DNA of 42,265 nt from an uncultured Roseivirgaceae bacterium (lineage in GTDB: Bacteria; Bacteroidota; Bacteroidia; Cytophagales; Cyclobacteriaceae), in NCBI GenBank assembly GCA_964534735.1, contig CAZHQP010000001.1, positions 12,580 through 54,844 of the forward strand. Reading direction: 5' to 3'. Under the pieces are notes generated by a model that searched no databases, was not told where the DNA came from, and saw nothing but the letters and a program-made list of their open reading frames with translations. Every line of letters starts with the position of its first letter. The stretch's first letter is position 1. Of the stretch, positions 18,665 through 26,570 are shown one piece after another. The translations under genes were made by a program, and so were the position numbers.

Positions 18665-18991
18665 TTAGGCTTTCGGAGGGGGAGTGGCTTTTTCGAAAGC
18701 AGGATGTGCGGGAATGTCTACACTGTGCAGGTAGACTTCAACAGCATCATTTACCAAAATATTGTGGAGCACATAGCTGTCGCGGCTAATAAAAAGCTCA
18801 ACCTGGGAGAAGCTTTCCGAGCTTTTTTCAGCGCCATCTGTCTCCGTAATTTCTTCCGCAAGCAACATGCTGATGTTCATTCCCGGGAAAAAATCAATGA
18901 TCCTTCCAAACTGAACGCTAACGTTTAGCAAGCCCAGCACACTGAAGCTTGTAATAACGAAAACGACAATATTTTTTCGGAATGATCGCAT
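18665..18991 (-). CDS. Hypothetical small membrane-anchored protein (108 aa)
   Basis: N-terminal TM NIVVFVITSFSVLGLL. A/T-rich start context. Same orientation as can-sulP. An exactly antisense 88-aa ORF (18662..18928) cannot be excluded as the real one. Confidence 0.4.
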   Translation of the reverse strand: MRSFRKNIVVFVITSFSVLGLLNVSVQFGRIIDFFPGMNISMLLAEEITETDGAEKSSESFSQVELFISRDSYVLHNILVNDAVEVYLHSVDIPAHPAFEKATPPPKA

Positions 18992-19083
18992 ATCTGAAGT
19001 GTAAAAGTACGGCTTTTTTTGGAAATTGTTTCAACTTTGCATGCATTAACAATCTCATAACGTACCAATCCAAGTAATCACTC

Positions 19084-19551
19084 ATGAAACAACCCGATGC
19101 ATTGAACCTTGTTGCTGAATTCCATAGAACATTTAAGCACCCGATAGTATCTTCTCCATCAATTCCTTCTGAAGACCGGTGCAAGCTTCGGGTTGCATTG
19201 ATCGCAGAGGAATTAAAAGAACTTGAAGTTGCCATTCTGGAGAAAGATATTGTTGAGGTGGCAGATGCGTTGGCAGATATTCAATATGTGTTATCCGGAG
19301 CAATTCTGGAATTCGGACTGGGAGAAAAATTCAGCGCCTTATTTGAAGAAGTGCAGCGCTCCAACATGAGCAAAGCCTGTGTATCAGAGGGTGAAGCACA
19401 AGCGACCGTTGAATTCTATAAGAAGAAAGATGGTACCGAGTGTTATTACAAAGAGGAAGCAGGAAAGTGGCTCGTTTACCGAACGTCAGATAACAAGACA
19501 ATAAAGTCCATCAATTATTCTCCTGCTGATCTTCAGGGAATTTTGAAATAA
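19084..19551 (+). CDS. MazG-like nucleoside triphosphate pyrophosphohydrolase family protein
   Basis: 155 aa. LRVALIAEELKELEVAI...EVADALADIQYVL, the four-helix EExxE...D motif pattern of dimeric MazG-like NTP-PPases. Confidence 0.7.
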   Translation: MKQPDALNLVAEFHRTFKHPIVSSPSIPSEDRCKLRVALIAEELKELEVAILEKDIVEVADALADIQYVLSGAILEFGLGEKFSALFEEVQRSNMSKACVSEGEAQATVEFYKKKDGTECYYKEEAGKWLVYRTSDNKTIKSINYSPADLQGILK

Positions 19552-19968
19552 TCAAACGTAGAGCTCGATCTGAAAATCAGTCTCGTTACCGGTGGCCTGC
19601 AAGGGCTTCATTGCAACGATCTGAGCAGTATTATACGCTTTGATAAATTCGGTGCGACTGATGCGCAGTTTGCTGTAGCCCGGCTTAATCTTATGGCACT
19701 GCATCCGGCCCGATTTATTGGCGGTGGCACTGTATACAAATTCGTAGCGTAACGGTATGGGAGATGGAATATACCGCATTTAGGATGAGATCGTTTTAAA
19801 TGCGTATGCCGATAACAAATTATTCAGGCAAAGCTCTTTCCTATCAAATTTGATTTGATCCAAATTCCGGGAATCTGAAGGCTTTACGAAGTTTTTTACT
19901 GTAAAAGCCTTAAATCCAACCTCACTAAATACCCGTTCGAAGGCTATCATTACTGTGCAATAATACAC
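19552..19968 (-). pseudogene. Unknown ORF interrupted by a single in-frame TAA (62-codon and 75-codon halves contiguous in one frame)
   Basis: ORF 19780..19968 ends with TAA at 19780-19782. The next codon (19777-19779) is the ATG of ORF 19552..19779, in the same frame. 138 codons carry only this one stop. No family recognised. Confidence 0.35.
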
Positions 19969-20029
19969 AATTTATTTTAAGAATGATCTTTCAGAGGAAT
20001 TTATTCGTGTAATTTTCCACATAACTTAT

Positions 20030-20056
20030 TATTGATTGAAGCTATATTGATTGAAG
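20030..20056. repeat. Tandem 12-nt direct repeat TATTGATTGAAG x2 (period 15)
   Basis: Copies at 20030-20041 and 20045-20056. A third core copy TTGATTGA lies at 20098-20105, and a perfect 10-bp palindrome ACTGATCAGT at 20069-20078. Confidence 0.8.
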
Positions 20057-20114
20057 AGTCAATAAAAAACTGATCAGTATAAACTGCTGATATTAAGTTG
20101 ATTGACAGGCAATC

Positions 20115-20261
20115 TTAATCAAGAGAATTAATCGTTACCCAGTAGCGGAAGGCAACAATTGCTTTAGCTGTTTTGCTCAGCTTCGTCAGGTCGCTGCTGC
20201 TGTAACGCGGCAGGATGATCTTGTTTATTCGGGCGAGTACTTTAAAAACTGACTTCTTCAA
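20115..20261 (-). CDS. Small basic protein (48 aa, TTG start), not in ORF track
   Basis: Own codon-by-codon translation: (M)KKSVFKVLARINKIILPRYSSSDLTKLSKTAKAIVAFRYWVTINSLD, net charge about +8. Resembles, from memory, a conserved ~50-aa Bacteroidota family ending ...R-Y-x-V-T-x-N-x-L-D. Confidence 0.5.
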   Translation of the reverse strand: MKKSVFKVLARINKIILPRYSSSDLTKLSKTAKAIVAFRYWVTINSLD

Positions 20262-20352
20262 AATGCATTATTTTGCGGTATTACCACAATATTTATTAAT
20301 CCTTATCTTTAAATCTTTAAGATTACGTCTAAAAGTTATTATAAAATCCAAT

Positions 20353-21240
20353 ATGAATCAACAAACTCCTTTTATAGTCGCGTTTCATGAAAGCATGATT
20401 CTCGGTGCAATTTTCATGGTTGCGATCGGTCTGATCATTTACCTGATCCACCATATCAGGATATCGGCAATCACCGACTATCATTTAAAATACGATTACA
20501 TCAACAGAAGAGAGATCGCTAATTACAAGCTGGTTTATTATTGCTTTGGCGTTGCGGTTGCCATGCTCATCAATTTGTATGAAATGAGTGAGATGGAAAA
20601 AGTGGAATTCTGGTTTTATATGCGCCTGGTTATGTCAATTGCAGGCGGTACAATCGTAGCATATGTCGCGCACCTTATTCTTCAATATTATTATCCAACC
20701 GTTCTGGACCGGAAATTGAAAAAGTGGAGATTTATGCCGCGTACCAATCCCAAGACTGGTAATAAGATGCGTCTGTTGAGTGAAGAAGAAGAAGATGTTC
20801 ACCTTCAGGAAGGTATGATTGCGGAAGAAAATGTCTTTTCCATTGATTATGATGTCTGGATTGATGAAAAGACCAGCGAAGTTCTGATTGAAAAGTATGA
20901 AGGCAGACTGCAGGCATTACGTTGCAACAACTGTGGATTCTATACGATGCGTGTTATTAAGGAGCACGTTTCCAAAGTGCCTACCGATGGCGAGCCAGGT
21001 GAACTTGTGAAAAACTACCAGTGTGACTATTGTAAATCCGTTCGGGCAACTGCGTTCAATATTTCCACCAAGGAAACAGACGATTATAAAAAGGAGAAAT
21101 TCAAGTTTAAGCGTAACCGGGATGTAGATTTGGTTAAGATCGAGATTCATTCTGTATCCGGTGAGAAAAAACATTTTGAGTTCCAGAATCCCGAGCAGGC
21201 CCAGAAATTCCTGAGTGAATTTGATTACGAAAAATCCTAA
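20353..21240 (+). CDS. Membrane protein (about 3 TM) with C-terminal 4-Cys zinc-ribbon domain
   Basis: Start moved to MNQQTPFIVAF at 20353, because the upstream extension lies in the AT-rich spacer and overlaps the sORF. TMs ILGAIFMVAIGLIIYLI, LVYYCFGVAVAMLINLY, LVMSIAGGTIVAYVAHLIL. CNNCG...x25...CDYCK. Confidence 0.7.
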   Translation: MNQQTPFIVAFHESMILGAIFMVAIGLIIYLIHHIRISAITDYHLKYDYINRREIANYKLVYYCFGVAVAMLINLYEMSEMEKVEFWFYMRLVMSIAGGTIVAYVAHLILQYYYPTVLDRKLKKWRFMPRTNPKTGNKMRLLSEEEEDVHLQEGMIAEENVFSIDYDVWIDEKTSEVLIEKYEGRLQALRCNNCGFYTMRVIKEHVSKVPTDGEPGELVKNYQCDYCKSVRATAFNISTKETDDYKKEKFKFKRNRDVDLVKIEIHSVSGEKKHFEFQNPEQAQKFLSEFDYEKS

Positions 21241-21286
21241 AAAAAGGCATACAAATTGCCTGATAATCCGTATTAGCTGTAAAGTC

Positions 21287-23320
21287 ATGTTTATGAAGCG
21301 TTTTGTGTTGGTGATAGCCCTCAGCCTGGTTGCAGGGCAGGTTTTTTCAGGTATTGCTCCTGATACTACTCTTCAGGAAAAACCGATTTATGGTAAACAG
21401 GCAAAAGCTATAGCTGAATTACTTTCGAAATATCATTTTCAAAAATTACCAATGGACGACTCGCTGTCATCCGCCATTTTTGACAGCTACCTGAAAGCAC
21501 TTGATAATAACCGTTCATTTTTTTTGGCTTCTGATATTGCGTCATTTGAAAAGTATCGTAATAAAATTGATGATTTAACTGCCTCTGGAAGTGTATCTCC
21601 GGCTTTTGCGATTTACCGCGTGTTCCGTAAGCGTTTCCAGGAACGTATGGAATTTGTAACATCCAGATTAATCTGGCAGGAGTTTGATTTTACGAAGGAC
21701 GAGTTCTATGAATACGATCGTGAAAAATCTCCATGGGCGAAAACTCCGCAAGAGCTCAATGATGTATGGACAAAATCTATTAAGAGCCAGGCATTGAGTC
21801 TCAAGCTTTCCGGCAAGAAACCGGATGAGATTGCCAAAGTTATTAAAGAGCGTTTTGAACGATACATCAAGTCTTTTAATCAGAACGACAGCGATGATGT
21901 ATTTGAGGTTTACATGAATACCATAGCGGAAGCCTACGATCCGCATACGAATTACTTTTCACCAAAAGCTACTGAGTTATTTAATCAGGACATGAACCAG
22001 TCTCTTGAGGGTATCGGGGCGAGGCTGCAGCCGGATGGCGATTATACAAAAGTCCACGAAGTTCTGCCGGGGGGTCCGGCTGAGAAAAGTGATCTAATCC
22101 ACGCTAACGACAGAATTATTGGTGTAGGTCAGGGTGCTGCCGGAGAGATTGTTGATGTTGTCGGCTGGAGAATTGATGATGTCGTAAAGCTGATCAAAGG
22201 TCCGAAAGGAACCCAGGTACGGTTGCAGATTCTGCCGGCTGAAACCGGAGTAAACGGCCCGCCAGTTCTGATTTCACTTGTTCGCGACAAGGTTAAGCTG
22301 GAAGATACCAAGCCTAAGAAAAAAGTTGTGGAAACTACCCAGAATGGTAAAAAACTCCGGCTCGGAACAATTATCATCCCAAGCTTTAGTATGGATTTTG
22401 GCGAGTATCAAAAAGGTAATCCCGACTATAACAGTACAACCCGGGATGTAAAAAAACTTTTGGGCGAGCTTCAGGCGGAAGGCATTGACGGTGTGGTATT
22501 GGATCTTCGGAATAATGGCGGTGGTTCATTAATGGAGGCTATCAGCCTGACGGGATTGTTTATAAAAAATGGCCCTGTGGTTCAGGTAAGAAGCTCCGGC
22601 TCGCGCAACCCTGAAGTGTTAACGGATGATGATCCAAATATTACCTATAACGGCCCGCTCGTAGTATTAACAAATCGTTTCAGCGCTTCGGCATCTGAAA
22701 TTTTTGCGGGTGCAATTCAGGATTATCACCGCGGAGTTATTGTAGGAGAATCCACCTACGGAAAAGGGACGGTGCAATCTGTAATTCCGCTGGACAGACA
22801 GATTCAGGAAGAGGGAGCTGGAAGCCTTAAGATTACGTTACAGAAATTTTATCGTGCAACCGGAAGCAGCACCCAGCATAAAGGTGTCACACCCGATGTT
22901 AAGCTTCCAACAGCACTGAATCCGGAGCAATTCGGAGAGAGTTCAAACGCAAATGCGCTGCCATGGGATGAAATCAAGAGCGCGCTTTACCAACGCACTC
23001 CGTTTGTGAACGATAAAATTGTGGCAAATCTTAACAAATCTTATAAAGAACGCCTGCAGAACGACCCTTACCTGAACAAGTTTGTAAACGAAACAGCCGA
23101 GACCAAACGAAACATTGAGCAGACCCGGGTGTCGCTGAATGAAGCTACGCGAAAAAAAGAAATGGAGGAAGCTGAGAAGCGCAAAGCAGCCAATCACAAG
23201 ATGAATGTAAAGCTTGATGGAGAAGGTAAGCCGGTTTCAATACCGCTTCAGCTTGACGATGAATACCTGCGCGAAGGTTTGATGATTTTAAGTGATCTGA
23301 TTACCAGCAAGATCGGGTAA
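21287..23320 (+). CDS. S41 carboxy-terminal processing (tail-specific, Prc-like) protease
   Basis: Start at MFMKRFVLVIALSLVAGQVFS. PDZ region. NRFSASASEIFAGAIQDY...GESTYGKGTVQ (Ser/Lys dyad context). Long helical C-terminal tail. Confidence 0.9.
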   Translation: MFMKRFVLVIALSLVAGQVFSGIAPDTTLQEKPIYGKQAKAIAELLSKYHFQKLPMDDSLSSAIFDSYLKALDNNRSFFLASDIASFEKYRNKIDDLTASGSVSPAFAIYRVFRKRFQERMEFVTSRLIWQEFDFTKDEFYEYDREKSPWAKTPQELNDVWTKSIKSQALSLKLSGKKPDEIAKVIKERFERYIKSFNQNDSDDVFEVYMNTIAEAYDPHTNYFSPKATELFNQDMNQSLEGIGARLQPDGDYTKVHEVLPGGPAEKSDLIHANDRIIGVGQGAAGEIVDVVGWRIDDVVKLIKGPKGTQVRLQILPAETGVNGPPVLISLVRDKVKLEDTKPKKKVVETTQNGKKLRLGTIIIPSFSMDFGEYQKGNPDYNSTTRDVKKLLGELQAEGIDGVVLDLRNNGGGSLMEAISLTGLFIKNGPVVQVRSSGSRNPEVLTDDDPNITYNGPLVVLTNRFSASASEIFAGAIQDYHRGVIVGESTYGKGTVQSVIPLDRQIQEEGAGSLKITLQKFYRATGSSTQHKGVTPDVKLPTALNPEQFGESSNANALPWDEIKSALYQRTPFVNDKIVANLNKSYKERLQNDPYLNKFVNETAETKRNIEQTRVSLNEATRKKEMEEAEKRKAANHKMNVKLDGEGKPVSIPLQLDDEYLREGLMILSDLITSKIG

Positions 23321-23443
23321 CGCAATTGGGTGTATAGAGCCGTGTAGGTTAACTAAATGATTTGAACTTTTATCCTGCACTTCCATGTTCGTGTATTGCC
23401 ACTTATTTCCTATTTTGTGAGAATTTAAGGGGGATTAATCCAC

Positions 23444-26400
23444 ATGAGTGAAGAGCTTCTCAAAGCCGTAATTCAATTATTTGCCATTGTTACCCGTGAA
23501 CGAATCACGGAAGACGAACGTAACAACATCAAAGGATTTCTTGGGCTGTATCTTAACCGCGATGCGGTTAAATTCTACCTCAACCTGTTCGATCAGTACT
23601 ATAATAACTATCGTGTGGCTGAGGCTGAGCCAGGAACATCCACCATTGACTACGAAACTCAGCAATTTGTAGAGGATTGGGCCAAGATCATGCAGATCAC
23701 CAAAAAGGTGAATCAGGCGCTGACTACGCAGCAAAAGCAAGTTTTGATAGTCAAGATTATTGAGCTAGTCTTCATCGATAACGAAATCCCTGAACGGCAA
23801 AGTAATCTTATCTTTTACATCGGGCAGGCGCTCAAGATTGATCAACACGATGTTAAAGCACTCAAAGATTTTGTTACCGGTCAGGATATGGATGAGCTTG
23901 CCTCAAAGCATGTGCTCATCATTGATGAAGGTTCGGATGATAAAGTATATCCCGGCCCTCGCATCACCGAGAAAAATCTGACGGGACTTATTGCGGTTCT
24001 CAAGCTCTCTGATACCTATTTTATTAAGTATCTCGGTATTTCAATTATCTACCTGAACAGTATTCCGCTTGCCAGCCGGAGAACGGATATTTTTCCTACG
24101 GGGAGTACTATCCGGGGAGATAAGATCGGATCGATCTATTACAGTGATATCATCAGTAAATTCCTGGTAGGCGAAAGTGAAAGTAAAATCACTTTCACGG
24201 CCGATCATTTATTTTACCATTTTAAAACCGGGAAGGCTGCGTTGCAAAACATTAACATTGCCGAGCAGGGTGGAAAGCTGATTGGCGTCATGGGCGCCAG
24301 CGGTTCAGGTAAATCTACCTTGTTAAACGTGCTGAACGGGGCGGATGAACCATCCAGCGGTCGTGTACTGATTAACGGAATCGATATTCATCAGCACCCG
24401 GAGAAAGTTGAAGGTGTGGTGGGTTACATTCCTCAGGATGATTTGTTAATGGAAGACCTTACGGTTTTCGAAAATCTGTACTATGCCGCACAACTTTGCT
24501 TTGGCTCGTATACGAAAGATGAAATTACTGAGCTCGTAGATCGCGTTATTCTTCAGCTTGGACTGAATGAAATTCGAAATCTGAAAGTTGGCTCTCCGTT
24601 GGATAAGACGATCAGCGGTGGGCAGCGCAAGCGAGTGAATATCGGGTTGGAATTATTGCGGGAGCCGACAATTCTGTTTGTGGATGAACCAACTTCAGGC
24701 TTATCGTCACGGGACTCAGAAAACATTATGGATTTGCTCAAGGAACTTTCTCTTCGGGGCAAAATGGTTTTTGTGGTTATTCATCAGCCCTCATCGGATA
24801 TCTTTAAAATGTTCGATACCCTGATTATCCTGGATGTGGGTGGATTTCAGATCTACTATGGCAACCCGATTGAATCGGTCGTTTATTTCCGTGACATTGT
24901 AAATGCTGCCAATAAAACCCAGGGTGCTTGCCCGGAATGCGGTAATATCAATCCTGAACAGGTATTTAATATCATTGAAACGAAAGTCGTTAATGAATAT
25001 GGCCGGCTTACAAATACGCGAAAGATATCAGCCGGGCAATGGTATCAATATTTTAAGCAAAAAATTAAAATACCCAAGCTTGATCATGCAAAAGACAGGC
25101 TGAGTGTTACGCAGGAACTCCCTGGAAGACTAAAGCAATTTAAAACATTCGTAACCCGCGATGTTCTTTCCAAACTGGCGAATAAGCAGTATTTGTACAT
25201 CAATATGCTTGAGGCGCCTGTGTTGGCATTTTTCATCAGTTTCATGGTGCGGTATTACAAAATCCTGAATGAGGATAATCCGGTCTATAGCTTTGCAGAA
25301 AATGATAACGTTCCGGTTTACTTTTTCATGAGTGTTGTGGTTGCATTATTCTTTGGATTAACGGTTAGTGCGGAAGAGATATTCAGAGATCGGAAAATAT
25401 TAAAGCGTGAGCAGTTCCTTCACCTGAGCAGGGGCAGCTACCTGTTCTCTAAAGTTTTTGTGATGTTCTTTATTTCTGCCGTCCAGACTATATTATTTGT
25501 GATGGTTGGAAATTTTGTACTGGGAATTCCAGTTACGGAGATGCGGTACTGGGTTATTCTGTTCAGTTGTGCCTGTTTTGCAAACATGCTCGGTCTGAAT
25601 ATTTCATCTTCCTTCAACTCAGCCGTTACGATTTATATTCTGATACCCTTGTTGATCATTCCACAACTTTTATTAAGTGGTGTGGTTATTAATTTCGACA
25701 AGTTTAATCCGTCTGTAAGCAAACCGATTGGTGTACCTGTAGTGGGAGAGATGATGGCATCGCGGTGGGCCTTTGAGGCATTTATGGTTACTCAGTTCAG
25801 GGATAACCGGTTTGAAAAGCAATTCTATGAGTTGGATAAAACCATTGCTGAAGCTGATTATAAAAGGATTTACTATATTCCAAAACTCGAATCGGAACTT
25901 GCTTATTGTCTTAATAACCGAAGCAATTGGCGAAATGCGCATCATGAAAAATTAACAGCATCACTGGCACTTTTGCAGAATGAAATCGGCTATGAACTCG
26001 AGCAAGTGGGCCGTGAAAATTTTCCGGAGATTGATAAACTGGCCATCCGGAAATTTGACTCACTCACATACGTTAAGTCGATGAAATTTCTTTCAACGCT
26101 CAAGCAGTATTATGCAAATAAGCAAAATAAGGCAGTGCAACAGAAGGAAAGTATAATTAATAAACTTACCGATACCCCGCAAAAAGCAGCGCAGTTTGCC
26201 CGTGACCGGGAACACTATCAGAATAAAATGGTTTCAGCAGCGGTTAAAAATACAGGAACGGTAGACCGGGTAGTGGAGTATGAGGGTAAGCTTGTTCAAA
26301 AGATTTATCCTATCTACTTCGATGATCACAAGCCCGCATTCGCACTCGATGCCTCTGCTAACCTGTTTCAACCAACCAAGCACTTCCTGGGCAGGTTGTT

Positions 26401-26536
26401 TGATACACTGTATTTCAATGTTGCCGTTATTTGGATCATGACGATTACCTTGTTCATTACTCTTTATTTTGATTTACTTAAAAAGTTTATGAAACTTTTT
26501 GAGTACAAAAAATATCGGAAGCGCGAACGTAATTAA
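23444..26536 (+). CDS. ABCG-type ABC half transporter (ATPase then ABC-2 permease) with large N-terminal and C-terminal extensions
   Basis: 1030 aa. Walker A GASGSGKST, signature ISGGQRKRV, Walker B ILFVDEPTSGL, H-loop VIHQPS. Six predicted TMs at about aa 580-770 and a final TM LYFNVAVIWIMTITLFITLYF. Confidence 0.9.
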   Translation: MSEELLKAVIQLFAIVTRERITEDERNNIKGFLGLYLNRDAVKFYLNLFDQYYNNYRVAEAEPGTSTIDYETQQFVEDWAKIMQITKKVNQALTTQQKQVLIVKIIELVFIDNEIPERQSNLIFYIGQALKIDQHDVKALKDFVTGQDMDELASKHVLIIDEGSDDKVYPGPRITEKNLTGLIAVLKLSDTYFIKYLGISIIYLNSIPLASRRTDIFPTGSTIRGDKIGSIYYSDIISKFLVGESESKITFTADHLFYHFKTGKAALQNINIAEQGGKLIGVMGASGSGKSTLLNVLNGADEPSSGRVLINGIDIHQHPEKVEGVVGYIPQDDLLMEDLTVFENLYYAAQLCFGSYTKDEITELVDRVILQLGLNEIRNLKVGSPLDKTISGGQRKRVNIGLELLREPTILFVDEPTSGLSSRDSENIMDLLKELSLRGKMVFVVIHQPSSDIFKMFDTLIILDVGGFQIYYGNPIESVVYFRDIVNAANKTQGACPECGNINPEQVFNIIETKVVNEYGRLTNTRKISAGQWYQYFKQKIKIPKLDHAKDRLSVTQELPGRLKQFKTFVTRDVLSKLANKQYLYINMLEAPVLAFFISFMVRYYKILNEDNPVYSFAENDNVPVYFFMSVVVALFFGLTVSAEEIFRDRKILKREQFLHLSRGSYLFSKVFVMFFISAVQTILFVMVGNFVLGIPVTEMRYWVILFSCACFANMLGLNISSSFNSAVTIYILIPLLIIPQLLLSGVVINFDKFNPSVSKPIGVPVVGEMMASRWAFEAFMVTQFRDNRFEKQFYELDKTIAEADYKRIYYIPKLESELAYCLNNRSNWRNAHHEKLTASLALLQNEIGYELEQVGRENFPEIDKLAIRKFDSLTYVKSMKFLSTLKQYYANKQNKAVQQKESIINKLTDTPQKAAQFARDREHYQNKMVSAAVKNTGTVDRVVEYEGKLVQKIYPIYFDDHKPAFALDASANLFQPTKHFLGRLFDTLYFNVAVIWIMTITLFITLYFDLLKKFMKLFEYKKYRKRERN

Positions 26537-26544
26537 GAATTTCC

Positions 26545-26552
26545 TAATTTTG
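26545..26552 (+). promoter_or_regulatory. -7 box TAATTTTG for the lipoprotein gene
   Basis: Exact TAnnTTTG 18 nt upstream of the ATG at 26571. Confidence 0.45.
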
Positions 26553-26570
26553 ATGTAAATCACTTACCCT

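Noticed and set aside
18662-18928. 88-aa plus-strand ORF
   Set aside because: It is in exact antisense codon register with the 108-aa minus ORF. It has G-rich start context and no signal or motif. Not fully excluded (see finding).
18918-19235. 105-aa minus-strand ORF
   Set aside because: It overlaps the start of the MazG-like gene and the divergent promoter region. No features.
20085-20098. TGATATTAAG shared between the 20.09-kb and 31.29-kb AT-rich spacers
   Set aside because: Hundreds of 10-mer matches are expected by chance in a 42-kb window, especially in AT-rich DNA.
20215-20352. N-terminal 46-codon extension of the 341-aa ORF
   Set aside because: It lies in the AT-rich spacer and overlaps the 48-aa sORF on the other strand. 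The protein makes sense from MNQQTPF at 20353.
20917-21288. 123-aa minus-strand ORF
   Set aside because: Antisense to the zinc-ribbon gene and the protease start. No motifs.
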